Origin: an uncultured Pelagibacteraceae bacterium
Lineage (GTDB): Bacteria; Pseudomonadota; Alphaproteobacteria; Pelagibacterales; AG-422-B15
Direction: 5' to 3'
DNA length: 64,000 bases
Assembly: GCA_902525595.1 (NCBI GenBank)
Contig: CABZHO010000002.1
Location: 24,395-88,394 of the forward strand
Part shown: positions 57,507 through 64,000 of the stretch, piece by piece
Numbering within the stretch: the first letter of the stretch is position 1
How the letters are laid out: each line of letters begins with the position of its first letter
Program-made: the position numbers and the translations under genes
The notes under the pieces: model-generated
Told to the model about the DNA's origin: nothing
The model's database searches: none
Seen by the model: the letters and a program-made list of their open reading frames with translations, nothing else

Positions 57507-57959
57507 GTGAAGTTCTTTTTACAAATAGTATCGATTTTTTTTTTCAGTTTCATTTTATTTGCAACCCTCGGTTATGCCGATGATCATGGTAAAATTATAA
57601 AAGAAAGAAAATCATTATTTAAGCAAAATTATAGTCACGCTAAGAGGATGTCATCAGAGATTGTTAAAGGAAATAATGAGAAGGTCATAGATCTTTCTGA
57701 AAAAATGGCTGCAAATTACGATAAGCTATTGGATCTTTTTCCAGAAAATTCAAAAACAGGCTATGATACCGAAGCCTTGCCTACTATTTGGCTTCAAAAG
57801 GATGAATTTAACAATTTAATGGTTTCCACGTCAAATAAGGCAAGAGAATTTGCACAACTTGCTGCATCTTTGACTGGTGATGAATTAAAAGAAGCTCAAA
57901 AAAATCTTATTTGGTCAAGTTGTAAAGCCTGTCATGATAGATTTCGAATGCCGCACTAA
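57507..57959 (+). CDS. Class II cytochrome c (cytochrome c'/c556-like)
   Basis: Signal peptide, four-helix-bundle length (150 aa) and C-terminal CKACH haem motif. GTG start. Confidence 0.75.
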   Translation: MKFFLQIVSIFFFSFILFATLGYADDHGKIIKERKSLFKQNYSHAKRMSSEIVKGNNEKVIDLSEKMAANYDKLLDLFPENSKTGYDTEALPTIWLQKDEFNNLMVSTSNKAREFAQLAASLTGDELKEAQKNLIWSSCKACHDRFRMPH

Positions 57960-58378
57960 GCAATAACTGTCATTGAGATTGTTCGTCTTATTCCCATGTC
58001 GTAATTTTTATATCTATGTTCAAATAGAAAAATCCCTTGCCATGTCCCAAGATCAAGTTTTTTGTCTTTTATAGGAACACCAAGACTTGTGTTTGTAAGT
58101 GCAGATTTTATGTGCGCTGGCATGTCATCAGGCCCTTCTTCATTATGATTATATTCACCATCTTCCGGAACCATTTTATCAAAATAATTTCCAATATCCT
58201 TTAAGACATTAGGATCTGCGTTTTCTTGAATGATGAGAGATGCTGAAGTGTGCTTAATAAATAGATTACAAAAACCTTTTGATATTCTATGTTTACTGAT
58301 CGCCTGATTAATAATTTCCGTAATATTATAGAGACCTTTACCCTCAACAGTTATTTCTAATTCTTTTTGAATTAACAT
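57956..58378 (-). CDS. YjbQ/UPF0047 family protein (secondary thiamine-phosphate synthase-like)
   Basis: 140 aa. HTSASLIIQENADP and GTWQGIFLFEHR blocks. Confidence 0.8.
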   Translation of the reverse strand: MLIQKELEITVEGKGLYNITEIINQAISKHRISKGFCNLFIKHTSASLIIQENADPNVLKDIGNYFDKMVPEDGEYNHNEEGPDDMPAHIKSALTNTSLGVPIKDKKLDLGTWQGIFLFEHRYKNYDMGIRRTISMTVIA

Positions 58379-58419
58379 TTTTTTATTTTTACCTATTATA
58401 TCGTTTAGAGTTTACACCA

Positions 58420-59883
58420 ATGGACAAAAATAAAGAAGTTATATCAGAAATAGGTTGGAACTTAAAAAAAAGCTACACAAAGCTTCCAAATATTTTATTT
58501 TCTGAACTTAAGCCTGACTTCATTAATAATCCTCGTGTTATCAAAGTTAATAACAAGTTAGCAGCTGAATTAGGATTAGACTTTTCAAAACTAACTGAGA
58601 GTCAAATATCAAATTTATTTGCTGGAAATGAACTGCCTCCACTTTCAAGGCCATTTTCACAATCGTATGCGGGTCATCAATTTGGACATTTTACAATTCT
58701 TGGAGATGGAAGAGCTCATATGCTTGGTGAACAGATGGCACCAGATGGACATATATATGATATTCAATTCAAAGGTTCAGGTAAAACACCTTTTTCTAGA
58801 GGGGCTGATGGAAAAGCAGCACTTGGACCAATGTTACGAGAGTATTTAATCAGTGAGGCGATGTATTATTTAAATATTCCAACCACAAGAAGTCTTGCTG
58901 TCATAGAAACGGGTGAAAAAGTCTATCGAGAAGTAGCTCTTAAAGGAGCTATATTAACCAGAGTTGCAAAAAGCCATATACGGTTTGGGACATTTCAGTT
59001 TTTGGCTGCTCATAAAGATTATGAGTCTATGTCTCAACTCTTGGACTACTCTATAGAGCGTCATTTCCAGATAAATAAAATAACCACGAATAAGGCTCTT
59101 GGATTTATTGAAGCAGTAATGGCAAGACAGATTGATTTAATTATACATTGGATGAGAGTTGGATTTATACATGGGGTTATGAATACAGATAACTCTACAA
59201 TATCCGGTGAAACAATTGACTATGGACCCTGTGCGTTTATGGATCAATACGATTTTAAAACAGTATTTAGTTCAATCGATGCTCAAGGGAGATACGCTTT
59301 TGGAAATCAACCATCAATCATCCAATGGAATTTAGTAAGACTGGCAGAGTGCTTATTACCATTGATTGATAATCAGGAAAAAGAAGCAATCAAGAAAGCT
59401 CAAGCTTCTATCAATAAATTTGGTGATATTTTTAATCACAAGTGGAAAGCAATGATGCTATCCAAACTTGGAATAGAAACTGAAAGCGTTGACGATGAGG
59501 AACTTATCAACACTTTGCTTTCATGGATGCAAGAAAAGAATGCAGATTATACGAATACTTTTTGTCACTTAATGGATCTTGATCATGCCAATGACGAAAT
59601 TTATGAAGACCAGAAGTTTTCTGAATGGAAGCATCATTGGCAAGAGAGAACAAAAAAATATCAACTAGATACAATTATGAAAAATATTAATCCAGTCATG
59701 ATACCAAGAAATCATTTGGTTGAAGAAGCATTATCTGAAGCTGAAACTAATCATAGGTTCGATAAATTTGAAAATCTTCTTACGTTATTATCGACACCTT
59801 ACATTCAGACAAACCTGAGAGAAGAGTTCGTTAAAACACCGAAAAAATCAGAAAATAAGTATCAAACTTTTTGTGGCACATAA
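58420..59883 (+). CDS. selO: Protein adenylyltransferase SelO (YdiU)
   Basis: 487 aa. YAGHQFGHF, GDGRA, MNTDN and IDYGP blocks. Confidence 0.9.
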   Translation: MDKNKEVISEIGWNLKKSYTKLPNILFSELKPDFINNPRVIKVNNKLAAELGLDFSKLTESQISNLFAGNELPPLSRPFSQSYAGHQFGHFTILGDGRAHMLGEQMAPDGHIYDIQFKGSGKTPFSRGADGKAALGPMLREYLISEAMYYLNIPTTRSLAVIETGEKVYREVALKGAILTRVAKSHIRFGTFQFLAAHKDYESMSQLLDYSIERHFQINKITTNKALGFIEAVMARQIDLIIHWMRVGFIHGVMNTDNSTISGETIDYGPCAFMDQYDFKTVFSSIDAQGRYAFGNQPSIIQWNLVRLAECLLPLIDNQEKEAIKKAQASINKFGDIFNHKWKAMMLSKLGIETESVDDEELINTLLSWMQEKNADYTNTFCHLMDLDHANDEIYEDQKFSEWKHHWQERTKKYQLDTIMKNINPVMIPRNHLVEEALSEAETNHRFDKFENLLTLLSTPYIQTNLREEFVKTPKKSENKYQTFCGT

Positions 59884-60639
59884 TCATATTTTAAGAGAAC
59901 GCTCTAAACGCCGTACTAAATATGAGACAATTAAAATAAGAACCAGGTATTCAAGAACAAGAAAAGTATAAATTTCTAAAGGCCGATACTGACTCACAAC
60001 TAGTTCATTAGCTTTACGTGTTAATTCATTTAAACCAATAATTGAGACTAATGAAGACATCTTTAGCATATAAACAAATTGATTCCCAAGCGCTGGCAAT
60101 ATTATTCTGATCGCTTGAGGCAGGGTAATCAAATAAAATACTTGAAAAAAACTTAATCCCATTGAGCTGCCTGCTTCTTTTTGACCTTTGGGTACAGCTT
60201 GAATACCTGATCTAAATATTTCAGCAATAAAAGGACTCTCACAAATGCTTAAAGCGATAATGCCTGCTACAAAAGCGGAAAAATTCAAATTAATTAATAC
60301 TGGGAGACCGTAATAAACCCAAAGTATCATTACCAGTACGGGAATTGAACGAAAGATTTCTGTGTATCCAATATTTAATCCTCGCAGTAATCTATTTTCT
60401 GAAATACTCGCAACAGAGACGATTAACCCGATTATTATTGCAAAAAATATAGCAATTAATGACAAGCTGATTGTGTATCCAAGGCCACTTAGCAGGAAAT
60501 CAATGTTGGTTAATCCCGTCTTATTATTTGGAAGTATGACATACCAACCCCATTGGTAGTTACTGGAACAGCTTGAAAGTAATAAAGATATTAAAACTAT
60601 ACTTAAAATTTTAAATCTTTTGATATTATTGAAAATCAT
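59884..60639 (-). CDS. Amino-acid ABC transporter permease (His/Glu/Gln/Arg/opine family)
   Basis: 251 aa. EAA-like loop QKEAGSSMGLSFFQVFYLITLPQA. Confidence 0.8.
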   Translation of the reverse strand: MIFNNIKRFKILSIVLISLLLSSCSSNYQWGWYVILPNNKTGLTNIDFLLSGLGYTISLSLIAIFFAIIIGLIVSVASISENRLLRGLNIGYTEIFRSIPVLVMILWVYYGLPVLINLNFSAFVAGIIALSICESPFIAEIFRSGIQAVPKGQKEAGSSMGLSFFQVFYLITLPQAIRIILPALGNQFVYMLKMSSLVSIIGLNELTRKANELVVSQYRPLEIYTFLVLEYLVLILIVSYLVRRLERSLKI

Positions 60640-60711
60640 AAAAACTATAATAGTTTAATTATTAATATATTAACGTATTATTTACTTTTTTAACACTTAG
60701 GGGACTTTTTC

Positions 60712-61476
60712 ATGATTTTAATTCGAACATTTCTTATCACTTTATTTTTAATTTTGCCTAGCTTAGCTAGCGCTTCAACTTTGGATGAAATAATGAAAAG
60801 TGGCACTTTGAAAGTGGGCACAACGGGAGATTTTCCTGGATGGAGTTTTATGAATCCTGAAACAAGTGAATATGAAGGTTACGATATTGATGTGGCCATG
60901 AAATTAGCTGAGGATATGGGAGTAGAAGTTGAGTTTGTTGCAACTGATTGGAAAAATCTTGTCTCAGGTGTAGTGGCTAATAAGTATCATATGACCTCAA
61001 GCGCTTCAATTACAGCTAAGCGAGCAATAACAGCTGGATATTCTAATTCTTATTACGGTACTGGAACGGTCGCAATGGTGCTGTCAAAAAATAAGGATAA
61101 AATTTCTTCTTGGGACCAAATTAATAATAGCAACTACAGTGTTGCTGTAACATTAGGCACAGTGTTTGAAAATGAAGCGACTAAATCATTTCCAGATGCA
61201 AAAATAATTGCTGTAGAGGCCCCTGCCAGAGAATATCAAGAAGTTTTGTCCGGAAGGGCTGACGTATCTTTAACCAGTAAGGTTGATGCGATGAAGCTTG
61301 TTCAATTATACCCAGAGCTATCAATTGTAAACTTGGATGAACCTAAAAACGCAAAACTGTTTGCAATTTTGCTACCAAGGGGTGATCAGGAGTGGATTAA
61401 CTTCGTGAATCACTGGATAGCAGATCAAAAAAATAAAGGTTTCTTTAATCAGACTGCTGCTAAATTTGGATTGTAA
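60712..61476 (+). CDS. Amino-acid ABC transporter substrate-binding protein (family 3)
   Basis: Signal peptide. GTTGDFPGWSF and YDIDVA blocks typical of polar amino-acid binding proteins. Confidence 0.8.
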   Translation: MILIRTFLITLFLILPSLASASTLDEIMKSGTLKVGTTGDFPGWSFMNPETSEYEGYDIDVAMKLAEDMGVEVEFVATDWKNLVSGVVANKYHMTSSASITAKRAITAGYSNSYYGTGTVAMVLSKNKDKISSWDQINNSNYSVAVTLGTVFENEATKSFPDAKIIAVEAPAREYQEVLSGRADVSLTSKVDAMKLVQLYPELSIVNLDEPKNAKLFAILLPRGDQEWINFVNHWIADQKNKGFFNQTAAKFGL

Positions 61477-62810
61477 ATATTATTTTCTCGATCAATTTGT
61501 TGTTTGCAAAACCATAAAACTAAAGCAGCAAATATATAATTGATCGTCAAAATGACCATGAACATGCCAATGAATGGAACTTTTAGATAGATTACTGAAA
61601 ACGTTAATGCAATCACTGGTAAAATAACCATTCTCATGAGATTGATCATCATCGAATATAAAGGTTTCTTCAAACCTTGTAACAGGGCTGAAGAAATGAA
61701 GAATATTGGATAACAGGGACCAGCAAATGCAGCAATCTTTAAATATGTGGATCCATAATAAATTATTTGTTCATCAGAGCTTAAAAAAGCCATGATGTAA
61801 TATGATCCAAAGAAAATAAAAACACCGCAAAAAATCATAAAGACCGATCCGTATAAGATTGACTTAAAATATGTGTCTCGAATTCTATTGAATTTTAATG
61901 CTCCAAAGTTTTGACCTACCAAGGAGAGAGTAGAAGCGTTCAATCCTAAAACGGGTAAAAGAAATAATTGCTCAAATCTTATGGCAGCTCCATATCCTCC
62001 AGCAGAGTAATCACCGTATGTTGAAACATAAAATAGCAATACAAATACCCCAAGGCCAATAAACATCATTGAACCTGTTGCAGGAATGGCTTGTTTGACA
62101 ATATCTTTTAAGAAGAGATATTTGGGTAAAAAATAGTCAGGGTGAATATATTTTTTTAAATCCGTCTTACTGACTTTATAAATGATATAAAGTAGGCCGT
62201 ATAATTGAGCAATAAGTGTTGCTAACGCTATACCGGATATACCCATAGCTGGTATTATCCAGAATCCATATATTAAAATTGGATTTAAAAACAAATTCAA
62301 AAAAAAGCTAACTATCAAAACATTTCTTAGAGATTTTGTGTCTCCCTTTGAAACTAAATAAGAATTTATGGTTAACTGTAAGAAAAATAGAATAGAGCCG
62401 TAAAATATAATATCCATATAGTCAGTTCCATAAGAAATGATTTCAGAGCCTGTATTTAGAAAAATTAATACTGGTTCGGTTACCCAAACGCCAATGACGG
62501 TAACGATTAATGAGAAAAAAACACAGACAATAATTGATTGGGCAAATAGCAAAGAGGCATTTTTGCTATCACCCTTTCCTAAAGCATTGGCAATTAAAGC
62601 AGTAACGCCTATGGATAGTCCCGTTGTTGCTCCAATAATAATAAAATAGATTGGAAAAGATTTGGCAATTGCTGTTATTGCTCCTGCGGAGATAAGACCT
62701 GCAAAATAAACGTCTACAATATTATAAAGTGTTTGAAAAAGTGTTCCAATACTTGAGGGTATGGCAATTTTTCGAATTAGTGATGAGATCTTATCTTCTG
62801 TTAGATTCAT
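61449..62810 (-). CDS. MATE-family efflux transporter
   Basis: 453 aa with 12 TM helices and a NorM-like N-terminus (IAIPSSIGTLFQTLYNIVDVYFAG). Confidence 0.85.
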   Translation of the reverse strand: MNLTEDKISSLIRKIAIPSSIGTLFQTLYNIVDVYFAGLISAGAITAIAKSFPIYFIIIGATTGLSIGVTALIANALGKGDSKNASLLFAQSIIVCVFFSLIVTVIGVWVTEPVLIFLNTGSEIISYGTDYMDIIFYGSILFFLQLTINSYLVSKGDTKSLRNVLIVSFFLNLFLNPILIYGFWIIPAMGISGIALATLIAQLYGLLYIIYKVSKTDLKKYIHPDYFLPKYLFLKDIVKQAIPATGSMMFIGLGVFVLLFYVSTYGDYSAGGYGAAIRFEQLFLLPVLGLNASTLSLVGQNFGALKFNRIRDTYFKSILYGSVFMIFCGVFIFFGSYYIMAFLSSDEQIIYYGSTYLKIAAFAGPCYPIFFISSALLQGLKKPLYSMMINLMRMVILPVIALTFSVIYLKVPFIGMFMVILTINYIFAALVLWFCKQQIDRENNIYNPNLAAV

Positions 62811-62895
62811 AATTGATAAAAAATAGTTCTATTTGTTTATTGTAAATTTTCAATTCTTTTATTTTTTAGAAAGAAATTCTGAGTAATATAGTTCA

Positions 62896-63810
62896 ATGTC
62901 ATTAATCGATAGATTATTAAATAGAAAATATAAACGTATTTTATCACTGGATGGAGGGGGCGTTCGCATTATATCCTCAGTGAGATTTCTTCATCATCTC
63001 GAGAAAAAAACTGGTAAAAATATATTTGAATTATTTGATTATTTCATTGGAGTCAGCGCTGGAGGTGCAACAGCCTTACTGATCACACTAAATCAATTGA
63101 ACGCTAAAAAGTTAGAAGATTTTTGGTCTCAAGAAAATCTCGAGAAGATTATGTACAGAACGTTTTGGGATAAAAGTACTTTTTTTCAAAATAAACCAAA
63201 ATATAAAGAGGATCAGAAGGTTGAAATATTCAAGCAGTATTTCAAAGGCTCTAAATTACAAGATGCACAGAAGCCAGTTTCTGTTCTGGCATACGACGTT
63301 GGCAAAAGAGCGCCTAGAATTATTTCAAGCTTCAACGATCAGCACCTATTATCTCGTAAAGTTGTTGCGGCTACTTCAGCAGCTCCGCTGTATTACCCAA
63401 CCGTAAACTTAGAAGATGATGCATGGCTTATTGATGGGGGCGTTGTTGCCAATAATCCTTGCTTAGTTGGTTATAATGAAGCTCGAAAATATTTTAATAC
63501 AGATCGAATAAAAGTTTTTAGTGTTGGTACGGGGTTGAATAAAAGAAAAATTGACGGTGAAGCATCAACAGAATGGGGAGCATTTGGATGGTTGAAAAAT
63601 GATATCATTGGTGTGCTCATGGAGTCACATCTGGACCATGAAATTTTAAGTGATATGCTCAAAGAAAACTATATGAGAGTGAACTCCTCAATTGGAGATG
63701 CAAATTTTATGATGGATGATTATTCGACTGAGAACATTGAAAAATTGAAAAAATTGGGTGACGACTGGTGGGAAAAATTTGGTGATGACAGTATTAAATT
63801 TTTTGAATAA
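62896..63810 (+). CDS. Patatin-like phospholipase
   Basis: Oxyanion DGGGVR, nucleophile GVSAGG (GxSxG) and catalytic DGG (IDGGVVANNP). Confidence 0.85.
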   Translation: MSLIDRLLNRKYKRILSLDGGGVRIISSVRFLHHLEKKTGKNIFELFDYFIGVSAGGATALLITLNQLNAKKLEDFWSQENLEKIMYRTFWDKSTFFQNKPKYKEDQKVEIFKQYFKGSKLQDAQKPVSVLAYDVGKRAPRIISSFNDQHLLSRKVVAATSAAPLYYPTVNLEDDAWLIDGGVVANNPCLVGYNEARKYFNTDRIKVFSVGTGLNKRKIDGEASTEWGAFGWLKNDIIGVLMESHLDHEILSDMLKENYMRVNSSIGDANFMMDDYSTENIEKLKKLGDDWWEKFGDDSIKFFE

Positions 63811-63922
63811 ATAAAAATTGCATTTTTTAAATAGATATGTATAAGTCCCTCTAAAGATTACGTCATTGTTCCTTTGAATGGACTTGAACGAAGTCTAAAT
63901 AATAACTAAAGGAATAAAGAAT

Positions 63923-64000
63923 ATGGCAACTGGTACTGTTAAATGGTTCAACCCAAAAAAAGGCTACGGATTTATCGCACCTGAAGAAGGTGACAAAGAT
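63923..64000 (+). CDS. Cold-shock protein CspA family (3' end cut by window edge)
   Basis: [26 protein letters not shown] with the RNP1 motif KGYGFI. Confidence 0.85.
   Translation, partial: MATGTVKWFNPKKGYGFIAPEEGDKD

Noticed and set aside
62896-63810. The patatin-like phospholipase could be an anti-phage effector (CBASS-type or similar).
   Set aside because: It stands alone between a MATE transporter and a cold-shock gene. No cyclase, sensor, NTPase or other defence partner lies within the window.
1-64000. I scanned for CRISPR arrays, IS elements or transposases, integrases, phage genes, toxin-antitoxin pairs, restriction-modification systems and rRNA.
   Set aside because: None was recognised in the ORF translations or as a repeat structure. 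By eye the window is overwhelmingly core metabolism and translation genes.

Overview
The window is a very AT-rich, tightly packed bacterial chromosome segment. Most genes are separated by 0-60 nt, and many overlap by 4 nt at ATGA or TTAA. Gene content and synteny point to a streamlined marine alphaproteobacterium, probably Pelagibacterales/SAR11-like; this is an inference and no search was run. The supporting blocks are aroA-cmk-rpsA-ihfB-pyrF-trpFBA-accD-folC, kdsD-lptCAB, gltDB, thrS-infC-rpmI-rplT-pheST-lepA, a TIGR02300-type zinc ribbon and an NDUFA9-like SDR. I call about 68 CDSs and 2 tRNAs: Ala-GGC and Ser-GGA. I saw no rRNA, CRISPR array, IS element, integrase or prophage. Most of the window is housekeeping. 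Five things deserve a second look. (1) A 57% GC structured leader at 53944-54092 contains a 20-nt internal direct repeat and the only strong intrinsic terminator in the window, directly ahead of a LysE/RhtB exporter. I treat it as a candidate unclassified riboswitch or attenuator, and two tandem DnaA-box motifs precede it. (2) A 678-aa glutaminase has the full metazoan kidney-type architecture (EF-hand-like N-domain, glutaminase core, ankyrin repeats), and its ankyrin module is duplicated. It lies in a small segment next to tRNA-Ser. (3) A putative amine-catabolism cluster at 1-7556 combines a GS-family ligase, an oxygenase homolog that has lost its Rieske centre, an amidase, an AlaX-like hydrolase and a crotonase. 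(4) An orphan carboxyltransferase is coupled to a two-cysteine isomerase and a cytochrome b561. (5) Several streamlining signatures recur: shared TTAA stop codons between convergent genes, tRNAs abutting CDSs with no spacer, a ThrRS without a TGS domain, and an ATA start codon on infC.
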